Source of the DNA: Rikenellaceae bacterium
Lineage (GTDB): Bacteria; Bacteroidota; Bacteroidia; Bacteroidales; Rikenellaceae
Direction of reading: 5' to 3'
DNA length: 64,000 nt
Assembly: GCA_047171945.1 (NCBI GenBank)
Contig: JBCQWR010000003.1
Location: 10,170-74,169, forward strand
Of this stretch, positions 19,172 through 28,204 are shown in pieces; positions within the stretch are counted from its first letter, which is position 1, and every line of letters starts with the position of its first letter. The position numbers and the translations under genes were made by a program. Below the pieces are notes generated by a model. That model saw only the letters and a list, made by a program, of their open reading frames with translations, was not told the origin of the DNA and did not search any database.

Positions 19172-20431
19172 ATGGTAGATATTTTTGAACGCCTCGAGAA
19201 AAATGTGGGCGGTCCTATTGGACAGTATATGGGTGCGGCACATGGTTACTTCGCCTTCCCTAAGTTGGAGGGTGAGTTGGGACCTCACATGATGTTCCGT
19301 GGTCAGATGATGCTTAACTGGTCGCTTAACAACTATCTTGGTTTGGCTAACCACCCCGAGGTGCGTGAGGCTGATGCTAAGGGAGCTGCTATTTTTGGTA
19401 TGGCTGCACCGATGGGTGCTCGCATGATGAGTGGTCAAACTAAGTACCACGAGCAGTTGGAGCGTGAGTTGGCTGAGTTTGTCGGCAAAGAGGATTCGTT
19501 CCTTCTCAACTTCGGCTACCAAGGTATGGTTTCGATCATCGATTGTCTACTTACAGCTCGTGACGTTGTTGTCTACGATGCTGAGGCTCACGCATGTATC
19601 ATCGACGGTTTGCGCATGCACAAGGGCAAGCGCTTTGTATATGGTCACAACGACCTCGAGTCGCTCAAATTGCAACTAAAGCACGCTTCGGAGCTTGCCG
19701 AGGAGCAACGTGGTGGTGTGTTGGTAATCACCGAGGGTGTATTCGGTATGAAGGGCGACTTGGGTTTCCTCGACAAAATCGTTGCTCTTAAGGGAGAGTT
19801 CAACTTCCGCCTGCTTGTTGACGATGCTCACGGATTTGGCACAATGGGTGCTACAGGTCGTGGTACTGGCGAGCACTTTGGTGTGACCGATCAGATCGAT
19901 GTTCTCTTCAACACCTTCGCTAAGTCGATGGCAGGTATCGGAGCATTTGTAGCTGGTCCTAAGTGGCTCGTTAACTTCTTCCGCTACAACATGCGTTCGC
20001 AACTCTACGCTAAATCGCTCCCAATGCCTATGGTTATAGGTGCTCTCAAGCGTCTCGAGCTTATCAAAGCTCACCCCGAGTATCTAACTAAATTGTGGGA
20101 GATCACCAACGCTTTGCAGAGTGCCCTCACTGAGAATGGTTTCGAGATTGGTGTAACTCAATCGCCTGTGACTCCAGTATATATGAAGGGTGGCGTAAAC
20201 GAGGCGACCAACTTGGTAGTTGACCTTCGTGAGAATCACAACCTCTTCTGCTCGATCGTGGTATATCCTGTGATACCTAAGGGCGAGATCATCCTTCGAG
20301 TGATCCCAACGGCAGTTCATACACTCGAGGATGTTAACTACACTATCGAGGCCTTTAAGTCTGTACGTAAGAAGTTGGAAGATGGTATATATGCTGCCAT
20401 GCCAATACCTGTTATGGGCGAAGGAATCTAA
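19172..20431 (+). CDS. sulA: Alpha-oxoamine synthase, most likely cysteate acyl-ACP transferase (sulfonolipid biosynthesis)
   Basis: PLP AOS motifs (NNYLGLANHP, DDAHGFG, NTFAKS); N-terminus MVDIFERLEKNVGGPIGQY..AHGYFAFPKLEGE matches my recollection of Alistipes finegoldii SulA rather than Bacteroides SPT. Confidence 0.8.
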   Translation: MVDIFERLEKNVGGPIGQYMGAAHGYFAFPKLEGELGPHMMFRGQMMLNWSLNNYLGLANHPEVREADAKGAAIFGMAAPMGARMMSGQTKYHEQLERELAEFVGKEDSFLLNFGYQGMVSIIDCLLTARDVVVYDAEAHACIIDGLRMHKGKRFVYGHNDLESLKLQLKHASELAEEQRGGVLVITEGVFGMKGDLGFLDKIVALKGEFNFRLLVDDAHGFGTMGATGRGTGEHFGVTDQIDVLFNTFAKSMAGIGAFVAGPKWLVNFFRYNMRSQLYAKSLPMPMVIGALKRLELIKAHPEYLTKLWEITNALQSALTENGFEIGVTQSPVTPVYMKGGVNEATNLVVDLRENHNLFCSIVVYPVIPKGEIILRVIPTAVHTLEDVNYTIEAFKSVRKKLEDGIYAAMPIPVMGEGI

Positions 20432-20442
20432 TAATTGAATTT

Positions 20443-20480
20443 ATAAATGGTGGATTATGAGAGTAATTCACCATTTATTT
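20443..20480 (+). terminator. Probable terminator after the sulA-like gene
   Basis: ataaatggtggatta/taattcaccatttat stem followed by a T-rich run. Confidence 0.6.
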
Positions 20481-20508
20481 TATATAAACACCCAACCAAA
20501 ATAAAACC

Positions 20509-21579
20509 ATGCGTCACCTAATCGACCCCACCGATCTATCAGTAGCTGAAACTCTCCAAATTATCGAGACCGCCGAGGATATCATAGCTAACCGATCAAA
20601 GTATAGCAATGTGTGCCAAGGCAAGAAGTTAGCTACGCTATTTTATGAACCAAGTACACGTACCCGATTGAGTTTCAATGCTGCAATGTTGGAGTTGGGA
20701 GGTACCGTATTGGGCTTTGCCGATGCCGCCTCATCATCGGCCTCGAAGGGTGAGACGGTGGCCGACACCACACGTGTGCTGGAGTGTTTCTGCGATATTA
20801 TCGCCATGCGCCACTTCAAGGAGGGAGCACCTCTTGTTGCCTCGCAATATGTCAAGATCCCTGTGATCAATGCAGGCGACGGCAGCCACTCGCACCCTAC
20901 GCAGACCCTCACCGATCTCTTGACAATCAAACATGAGCTGGGCCGCTTGGTGGAGCTAACTGTTGGATTCTGTGGTGATTTGAAGTACGGTCGCACGGTG
21001 CACTCGCTCATCAAGGCATTGGCTCGATTCTCGTCGATCAAGGTGATCTTGATTGCCCCTGAGGAGCTCAAGCTCCCTTCGTATGTCTACAAGGAGGTAG
21101 CCAACTCGTCGATTGAATTTGTTGAGGTGGCAACGCTCGAGGAGGCTATGCCGCAGCTCGATGTGCTCTACATGACTCGTGTGCAGGGTGAGCGCTTTGC
21201 CGATCGTGCAGAGTATGAGCGCCTCAAAGATAGCTTTATCCTATCGCCCGAAAAACTCGCAACAGCAAAGGAGAAGATGGCTATCCTTCACCCACTGCCT
21301 CGTGTCAACGAGATCACCCGCTCGGTAGATGCTGACCCTCGTGCCGCATACTTCCGTCAAGTGGAGAATGGTAAATTTGTTCGTATGGCATTGATATATA
21401 GCCTCCTAAAGTGGAATGAGGGGATATCCCCCAAAACAATACCCCACTACTCGCCCGAGCTTATTGAGGGTGATTATAAGTGTCTTAACCCCTCTTGTAT
21501 CACCGCAACAGAAGATGTCGACAGCCTTGCTAAACGTGCTGCCGACGGTGCTCTACACTGCGCATATTGCGATAAATAG
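20509..21579 (+). CDS. pyrB: Aspartate carbamoyltransferase catalytic subunit fused to a PyrI-like zinc-binding domain
   Basis: FYEPSTRTRLSF, HPTQTLTD, GDLKYGRTVHSL, HPLPR; C-terminal CLNPSC...CAYC. Confidence 0.93.
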   Translation: MRHLIDPTDLSVAETLQIIETAEDIIANRSKYSNVCQGKKLATLFYEPSTRTRLSFNAAMLELGGTVLGFADAASSSASKGETVADTTRVLECFCDIIAMRHFKEGAPLVASQYVKIPVINAGDGSHSHPTQTLTDLLTIKHELGRLVELTVGFCGDLKYGRTVHSLIKALARFSSIKVILIAPEELKLPSYVYKEVANSSIEFVEVATLEEAMPQLDVLYMTRVQGERFADRAEYERLKDSFILSPEKLATAKEKMAILHPLPRVNEITRSVDADPRAAYFRQVENGKFVRMALIYSLLKWNEGISPKTIPHYSPELIEGDYKCLNPSCITATEDVDSLAKRAADGALHCAYCDK

Positions 21580-21812
21580 ATAGACTATCTCTTTATCAAC
21601 TCCCCAAAACAACAGTCGAGATATAACAACTCAACATCATCCTGGTAAACCTCACTGAGCATTAAATCATGGTCAGTGGGCTCTGGAGTGCTGTTTTCAA
21701 TCTTGTTGTCGATGTTTTCCATAGGCCTTGTTACTTAATTCAATCTAACAACGTATACCCAAGAAACTTTATTGCTTTGTAATTGATTTTCTTTTTATGC
21801 GCTTTGTGCTTA

Positions 21813-21863
21813 TCGAGATTCAGCTCGCTGATGTGAGGTGGCAACCATAAGTTGACATAGATA
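21813..21863 (-). repeat. Isolated ~50-bp sub-module of the MITE-like element
   Basis: tcgagattcagctcgctgatgtgaggtggcaaccataagttgacatagata aligns with few mismatches to 54276-54326. Confidence 0.75.
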
Positions 21864-21912
21864 AACAGCTCTTCATTGTCTATATATTAGACCCACCAAG
21901 GCCAAAACAGCA

Positions 21913-24027
21913 TCACGAGATCATTGAGAAGTCGATCGACTCTTTTCCCGAGAATTGACTCTTTAGCTCTTTGAGCCCTTGGTGGAGATCACTCTCGAGG
22001 CGAGGATCCACCTCAATAATCGCTGCAGCCACCTCTCGAGTAAGGGTGAGCAGCTCCACGTCACGTGTGGGGTTTGCTATGCGTAGGCTTATCGCCTCGC
22101 CACTTTGGAGCGTTCCGTTGATGTCACCAGCGCCACGCAGCTCCAGGTCGAGCTCCGAGAGTCGAAAACCATCGTTGGTCTCGCACATCGCCTCGAGGCG
22201 CTTGCGAGATTCACGTGAGAGCTTGTCGCCCGACATCAAGATGCAGTACGACTGCTCGGCACCACGCCCCACACGACCACGCAGCTGGTGAAGTTGCGAA
22301 AGGCCAAAGCGCTCGGCCGACTCAATGACCATAATCGAGGCGTTGGGCACATCGACACCCACCTCGATTACCGAGGTGGCCACCATGATCTGCGCCTCGC
22401 CACTCTTGAAGCAGCGCATAGACTCCTCCTTATCCACGGGCTTCATCTTGCCGTGACAGATGGCGGTGTTGTATTGCGGAAGTGGAAAATCTCGTGAAAT
22501 AGACTCATATCCATCCTCTAAATCTTTGTAGTCCATCTTCTCGGACTCTCTAATCAGAGGGTAGACCACATATACTTGGCGCCCCTTGGCAATCTCCTCA
22601 CGCATAAAACCCTGCACTCGCAATCGAGCCGAGTCGGTGAAGTGCATCGTCTTGATAGGGCGCCTATTAGGTGGCAGTTCGTCGATCACCGAGACATCCA
22701 AGTCGCCATAGAGAGTCATTGCCAGAGTGCGAGGAATGGGGGTTGCGGTCATCACCAATATGTGGGGCGGCTGCTCATTCTTGTTCCAGAGCTTTGCTCG
22801 CTGCTCCACACCAAAGCGGTGCTGCTCGTCGATCACCACAAAGCCCAACGAGGCGAATTGAACCTTATCCTCGATAAGAGCGTGGGTCCCCACCAAGATA
22901 TTGACCGAGCCATCGGCCGCACCCGAGAGCGAGGCCTTGCGCTCCTTGGCTTTGGAGGCTCCCGTAAGGATAGCGATATTTATATCGAGCCCCTCGCACA
23001 TGCGACTAATGCTCGCAAAGTGCTGACGTGCAAGGATCTCCGTTGGAGCCATTATCGCCGCCTGGAATCCATTGTCGACAGCGAGCAGCATCGACATAAG
23101 AGCAACGATGGTCTTACCGCTACCCACATCACCTTGCAGCAGGCGATTCATCTGGAACCCCGAGACGCTATCTTGACGTATCTCCTTGATCACCCTCTTC
23201 TGCGCCCCAGTGAGTGAGAAGGGGAGTCGAGTGGTGAAGAACTCATTGAAGAGTGGCCCCACACGGCTAAATACAAATCCATTGTTTTTGCTCATTCGCA
23301 CCGTGCGACGAGATTGAATATTGAGCTGAACTCCGAGCAACTCATCGAATTTGAGTCGATAACGAGCACGCTCCATAAGCTCCACCGATTGCGGAAAGTG
23401 GATGTTGTAGAGGGCATCACGCAGCGAGAGTAGCGAGTAGCGCTCACGAATATATTGAGGGCAGCGATCGACAATATCACGCTCGACGAGTGGCCACAGA
23501 TTGCACATTATCGTATAGAACCCCTTGTTGCCGAGCGACTTGGAGAGCCTCTCGGTGGAGGAGTATATCCCCTGCATGCCACTCTCGGCCTTGCGGCTAA
23601 AGGCCTTCTCGATCGTCTCCACCTCGGGATGAACCATCGAGAGCGCCCCATTGAAGAGCGAGGGGCGACCAAAGATAAGGTACTCTCGCCCCACCTCGAT
23701 CTGCTTCTCGATCCACTTCACTCCGTGGAACCACAACAGCTCAGCTGTGCCACTCTTATCGGCGACACTCACCATAAAGCGACGCTTGGCACCCTCACCC
23801 ATGTAGCTCACCCCAATAACTCGCCCACGGATCTGCACCAAGCTCTGCTCGGAGGCTCCCACCTGTGCTATGGGGTAGATCTGTGTGCGGTCGATGTAGC
23901 GAAATGGAAAGTTGTAGAGCATATCGCCAAGGGTGTGGATTCCCAACTCCAAGGCGAGTAACTTCGCCCGAGCCTCACCCACACCTGCCACAAACTTAAT
24001 ATCGGAGTTTAGAGCCATGCGTTTCAA
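21913..24027 (-). CDS. recG: ATP-dependent DNA helicase RecG
   Basis: RLLQGDVGSGKT, IDEQHRFG, MTATPIPRT, LHQLRGRVGRG. Confidence 0.96.
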   Translation of the reverse strand: MKRMALNSDIKFVAGVGEARAKLLALELGIHTLGDMLYNFPFRYIDRTQIYPIAQVGASEQSLVQIRGRVIGVSYMGEGAKRRFMVSVADKSGTAELLWFHGVKWIEKQIEVGREYLIFGRPSLFNGALSMVHPEVETIEKAFSRKAESGMQGIYSSTERLSKSLGNKGFYTIMCNLWPLVERDIVDRCPQYIRERYSLLSLRDALYNIHFPQSVELMERARYRLKFDELLGVQLNIQSRRTVRMSKNNGFVFSRVGPLFNEFFTTRLPFSLTGAQKRVIKEIRQDSVSGFQMNRLLQGDVGSGKTIVALMSMLLAVDNGFQAAIMAPTEILARQHFASISRMCEGLDINIAILTGASKAKERKASLSGAADGSVNILVGTHALIEDKVQFASLGFVVIDEQHRFGVEQRAKLWNKNEQPPHILVMTATPIPRTLAMTLYGDLDVSVIDELPPNRRPIKTMHFTDSARLRVQGFMREEIAKGRQVYVVYPLIRESEKMDYKDLEDGYESISRDFPLPQYNTAICHGKMKPVDKEESMRCFKSGEAQIMVATSVIEVGVDVPNASIMVIESAERFGLSQLHQLRGRVGRGAEQSYCILMSGDKLSRESRKRLEAMCETNDGFRLSELDLELRGAGDINGTLQSGEAISLRIANPTRDVELLTLTREVAAAIIEVDPRLESDLHQGLKELKSQFSGKESIDFSMIS

Positions 24028-24040
24028 AAAAAATAATAGA

Positions 24041-25210
24041 CTAACCTTTAACGAGTCGATTCACAACCAGTGCAATGGCGCCATCGCCCGTAACATTACC
24101 CGCCGTGCCGAAGCTATCCATAGCTATATAGAGCGCTATCATAAGACCCAACTGCGTCTCATCGAAGCCCAAGAGCGATGTTAGCAGCGCCAAAGCGGCC
24201 ATAATTGCACCTCCTGGGACACCTGGTGCGGCAACCATCGTTATACCCAACATAAGGATATAGGAGGTGTAGAGCTCAATATCTATCGCCATACCCGTAG
24301 TCCAGGCAATGGCCAGTGTGCAAGCGACAATCTTAAGGATACTTCCCGAGAGGTGTATAGTAGCGCAGAGTGGTACAACGAACTCTGCGATGTCGTCACG
24401 CACCCCATTGAGTTTAGTCTGCTCGAGTGTGATTGGGATAGTGGCGGCCGAAGATTGAGTACCAAGTGCCGTGAGATAGGCTGGTATCATAGTGACGAGA
24501 GCCTTCAGTGGGTTCTTCTTGGCCACAACACCCGCTATAGAGAATTGGATCAGGAGCAGACCGATGTGCATTGCAAAGATCAATGCGATAACCTTGATGA
24601 AGAGCCCCAAGACGGTGGCAACCTCACCCTCGACACCCAATTTGAGGAAGATTCCAAAGATGTAGATGGGGAGCAGCGGCACGATAGATTTCTCAATGAT
24701 AATCATCACAAGATCCTTAAACTCCTTGATCGTTGCGGCGATAGTCTCGCCACGCCCCTTGCAGTTGGCCAGCGTAAGTCCCAAAACAAAGGCCAAGACC
24801 AGCGCCGAGGTTACCGAGAGTAGCGGAGGCATCTCAACGGTGAAGTAGGGTGCAACGGCTGTTTTGCCTGCCACATCGAGCGAGGCCATACTCTCGCCAG
24901 CCAAGATATAGGGAAAAGAGGAGGTAGAGATAAAGTAGGAGAGGTAGCCCGAGAAGATTGTGCTACCGTAGGCGATCAGGGTCGTTATGATAAGTAACCG
25001 ACCAGCTCTGCTGCCTAAATCACCAATACTTGGAGCCACAAGACCCAAGATAATGAGCGGAATCACAAAACCCAAATAGTTGCTAAAGAGCGAATTGAGG
25101 GTCTCGAAGATTCGAGCAATGGGGATAGGCAAAAAGAGTGAGCATACCACACCCAAGAAGATCGCAAGGATAATCTTGGGGAGTAGCCCTATTTTCTTAC
25201 TGCCAAACAT
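24041..25210 (-). CDS. Dicarboxylate/amino acid:cation symporter
   Basis: Multiple TM helices; GTQSSAATIP, PLCATIHLSGS, APGVPGG, DSFGTAGNVTGDG. Confidence 0.9.
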   Translation of the reverse strand: MFGSKKIGLLPKIILAIFLGVVCSLFLPIPIARIFETLNSLFSNYLGFVIPLIILGLVAPSIGDLGSRAGRLLIITTLIAYGSTIFSGYLSYFISTSSFPYILAGESMASLDVAGKTAVAPYFTVEMPPLLSVTSALVLAFVLGLTLANCKGRGETIAATIKEFKDLVMIIIEKSIVPLLPIYIFGIFLKLGVEGEVATVLGLFIKVIALIFAMHIGLLLIQFSIAGVVAKKNPLKALVTMIPAYLTALGTQSSAATIPITLEQTKLNGVRDDIAEFVVPLCATIHLSGSILKIVACTLAIAWTTGMAIDIELYTSYILMLGITMVAAPGVPGGAIMAALALLTSLLGFDETQLGLMIALYIAMDSFGTAGNVTGDGAIALVVNRLVKG

Positions 25211-25218
25211 CGTATTGA

Positions 25219-25776
25219 CTATTTAGCTGTTACGATCCAGTCACCATACTCAGCCTTGAAATCCTCGAAGAGGGGGCTGCATGCAGGAACCAAAATTTGG
25301 ATTCCATCCTCGCAATTCGAGAAAATATCCTTGCCGATAGTTGTAACTGAGCTTGGGATGGCGATCTTCATTAGGCTCTCGCAACCATGGAATGCGTTGA
25401 ACTCGATGGTGGTAACTGAACTTGGGATGCGCACATTGGTCAAACCATCGCAGCCGTAGAAGCAGTTGTCGGGGATTGTGGCGATTCCTTGTGGGATAAT
25501 CACCTCGGTGATGCCATCGCAGCTATAGAAGGCCTTCGAGCCAATCGAAGTGACGGTAGAGGGGATCACGACAGAGATCATATCGTCGCAATTCTCGAAG
25601 GTGTTGGCCGCAATTGCGGTGTACCCCTCGGGGATAACAACCTCTGCTGGAGAGCCCATCTTGATGTAGGTGTCGTTCGAGAAGATCTTCTCTTGTGGCT
25701 CCGACGAGCAGCTAAAGCCCATTGCAAAGAGTGCAACGGCCATAAATCCTTTTAGTGCTGGGTTAAATTTTTTCAT
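25219..25776 (-). CDS. BspA-type leucine-rich-repeat lipoprotein
   Basis: Lipobox GFSC; repeats of the form IPSSVTxIGxxAFYxCxxL/I. Confidence 0.85.
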   Translation of the reverse strand: MKKFNPALKGFMAVALFAMGFSCSSEPQEKIFSNDTYIKMGSPAEVVIPEGYTAIAANTFENCDDMISVVIPSTVTSIGSKAFYSCDGITEVIIPQGIATIPDNCFYGCDGLTNVRIPSSVTTIEFNAFHGCESLMKIAIPSSVTTIGKDIFSNCEDGIQILVPACSPLFEDFKAEYGDWIVTAK

Positions 25777-25871
25777 GTTGGTCTGCTGATTTTATTGGTT
25801 TTAAAAAAAGGTTATATATGCGAAGATACGATTTATTTTTTGATATATCAAATTGTGGCTTCTTCTTGGCA

Positions 25872-26118
25872 GGCAAACGCACTAAAAATAGAGCTTTATA
25901 CTACTCTCTTACTGCCCTTGCAGTGAACTGCCGCCAAGCTTAGCTTGGATCCAAAAACTTACATTTTTGATCTTTATTGCACTGAGTGTGTGGGGCTTTG
26001 CCCTACGATATATCTCTTACTAATGATCTTTTGAAAGTCTCCTTTCAACGCTCATTAGTAAGAGATATATCTATGTCAACCTTACGGTTGCCACCACACA
26101 TCAGTGAGGTGAACCTCG
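25872..26118 (+). mobile_element. MITE-like hairpin-rich repeat, copy 1 (right end missing)
   Basis: Starts ggcaaacgcac; ~250 bp nearly identical to 52250-52496 and to the reverse complement of 54275-54521. Confidence 0.8.
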
Positions 26119-26136
26119 CTTTATATGAACCTATTT

Positions 26137-26165
26137 CGTCATTCCCGATCAAGTCGGGAATGACG
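26137..26165. repeat. REP-like palindrome abutting MITE copy 1
   Basis: cgtcattcccgatcaagtcgggaatgacg. Confidence 0.85.
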
Positions 26166-26330
26166 CACATGGAAAAGTCGGGAACAAAAAAACACAACAA
26201 AAGATACTCTCTTTGGTGCTATTCAAAACATTTTAGCGCCACGCCTTCTATTTTGTTGGGGAGTTTAACACCACTTTAACAAATATTAATTATCTTTGAG
26301 AAATTAATATAAAGGTTTGGATAGATAGAC

Positions 26331-27110
26331 ATGTCAACAAGCAATGAACCAAAAAGATACAAGAGTATAGTTATCTCCGATGTTCACTTAGGATCGAAGT
26401 GGTCGGCAGCCAAAGAGGCTACACGATTCATCAAGGAGAATAGTTGCGAGCAGCTTATACTTTGTGGCGATATAATAGATGGATGGGCAATTATGCGAGG
26501 CAGCCAAGAGAGGTGGAAACGCAGACATACTGCCTTCATTAAAGCTGTGCTCGACATATCGCTCAACACCGATGTGATATATATCAAAGGAAATCATGAT
26601 GATTTCTTAGATCGGATCGTGCCCATAAAATTTGCAAACATCACCATTGTAACAGATTATATACTCAAGAGTGGCAATCGCAGCTACTTTGTGCTCCATG
26701 GCGACATTTTTGATAATGTCACCACGTCGGCTAAGTGGCTCTCTAAATTGGGCGACATTGGATACTCGATGTTGCTGATGTTGAATAGATTTTTCAACTT
26801 TGTGCGCACCAAAAGCGGCAAGCCCTATGTCTCGTTTGCTTCGAGAATCAAGCAGCGTGTAAAGAGTTCGGTCTCTAAACTTAGCAACTTTGAGGAGAAC
26901 CTCGCCGAATTGGCTCGAGCAAAGAGGTGTCAAGGGGTGATATGTGGACATATCCACCGCCCCGAAATCAAGGATATTGGAGGTGTCGAGTATCTCAACT
27001 CGGGCGATTGGATTGAATCACTCTCGGCCTTGGTCGAAGATTTCGATGGCAACTGGTCTCTACAATATGTTCAACCTAAAGAGTCAAAAAAGGAGGATAA
27101 AGAGTCATGA
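26331..27110 (+). CDS. Calcineurin-like metallophosphoesterase (UDP-2,3-diacylglucosamine diphosphatase-like)
   Basis: SDVHLG, GDIID, KGNHD, HGD, CGHIH, NSGDW. Confidence 0.85.
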   Translation: MSTSNEPKRYKSIVISDVHLGSKWSAAKEATRFIKENSCEQLILCGDIIDGWAIMRGSQERWKRRHTAFIKAVLDISLNTDVIYIKGNHDDFLDRIVPIKFANITIVTDYILKSGNRSYFVLHGDIFDNVTTSAKWLSKLGDIGYSMLLMLNRFFNFVRTKSGKPYVSFASRIKQRVKSSVSKLSNFEENLAELARAKRCQGVICGHIHRPEIKDIGGVEYLNSGDWIESLSALVEDFDGNWSLQYVQPKESKKEDKES

Positions 27111-28198
27111 AATACCTATTTGTAATCCAAGGAGAGGGTCGTGGCCACATGACTCAATCTATAACTTTGGCAGGAATACTGCGTCGCAACGGCCACCAAG
27201 TGGTAGAGGTGCTGGTTGGCAAGTGCTCCAACCGTGAACTGCCTCAATTTTTCATCGACAAGATCGAGGCACCCATCACACGCTACTCCTCGCCAGCTCT
27301 CGACTATGGAAATGGGGGCAAGCATGGGCGCATGTGGCGTAGCATCATCAATAACTCACAACCAACACACAATGTAAGGTGGCTCAAAAGCATGAACCTG
27401 ATCGCCTCACGCATCCGTGCCACCAAGCCCGATGTGGTGGTCAACTTCTATGAGCTATTGATGGGCGTTACAACAATCTTCCACCGTATAAAGACTCCTG
27501 TTGTGAGCATAGCCCACCAATTTATGTTGGAACACCCTCAATATCAGCATAGAGCCGAGAACTCGCAGGCGCAGTGGATGATGTCGACGATGAATAACTT
27601 CTGTTCGCATGGCTCCAAGAAGATCTTGGCGCTCTCGCTCTACGACCTACCTCGACGACGGGTGCGCACATTCCGCAAGAATGTGGTGGTGGTACCACCC
27701 CTACTTCGTCCCGAGATCTTTGAATTGGAACCCACCTCGGGCGACTACATTTTGGGATATATACTAAACCCAGCATTCCTCGGCGAGATTCTCGAGTGGA
27801 AACGCTCACACCCCGAGATCAAAATTCACCTATTTTGGGATAAGGCAGGCGAGCCCGAGGAGCAGGAGGTGGTCGAGGGGTTGTGGCTACATCGCATCAA
27901 CGACCGCAAATTTATTGAGTATATGGCAGGCTCAGCAGGATATATAACCACAGCAGGATTTGAGTCGGTCTGCGAGGCATTCTACCTGGGTAAGGCGGTG
28001 ATGATGATCCCTGCGCACATCGAGCAACATATAAATGCTCGTGATGCCGCTGCCGCAGGTGTGGGTATCACATCAAAATATTTTGATTTGGCTCGATTGG
28101 CCAACTACATACCCAAACACAACAGCAATAATGAAGAGTTTCACGCTTGGGTGAGCTCTGCTGAGAAGATATTTATAGAGGAACTTACTAAAATATAA
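27107..28198 (+). CDS. GT-B glycosyltransferase (MJ1255/GT28-like)
   Basis: QGEGRGHMTQ N-terminal motif; TTAGFESVCEAFYLGK, EQHINA. Confidence 0.8.
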   Translation: MKYLFVIQGEGRGHMTQSITLAGILRRNGHQVVEVLVGKCSNRELPQFFIDKIEAPITRYSSPALDYGNGGKHGRMWRSIINNSQPTHNVRWLKSMNLIASRIRATKPDVVVNFYELLMGVTTIFHRIKTPVVSIAHQFMLEHPQYQHRAENSQAQWMMSTMNNFCSHGSKKILALSLYDLPRRRVRTFRKNVVVVPPLLRPEIFELEPTSGDYILGYILNPAFLGEILEWKRSHPEIKIHLFWDKAGEPEEQEVVEGLWLHRINDRKFIEYMAGSAGYITTAGFESVCEAFYLGKAVMMIPAHIEQHINARDAAAAGVGITSKYFDLARLANYIPKHNSNNEEFHAWVSSAEKIFIEELTKI

Positions 28199-28204
28199 GT
28201 CGCT

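Noticed and set aside
21764-21892. Stop-free minus-strand frame (YIDNEELF...GYTLLD) through the repeat sub-module, as a possible transposase remnant
   Set aside because: No start codon and no recognisable motif; similarity to ORFs in other copies is explained by shared DNA
25986-26279. 97-aa ORF (and the similar 52502-52726 ORF)
   Set aside because: Both read through the MITE and REP sequences and show no protein motif
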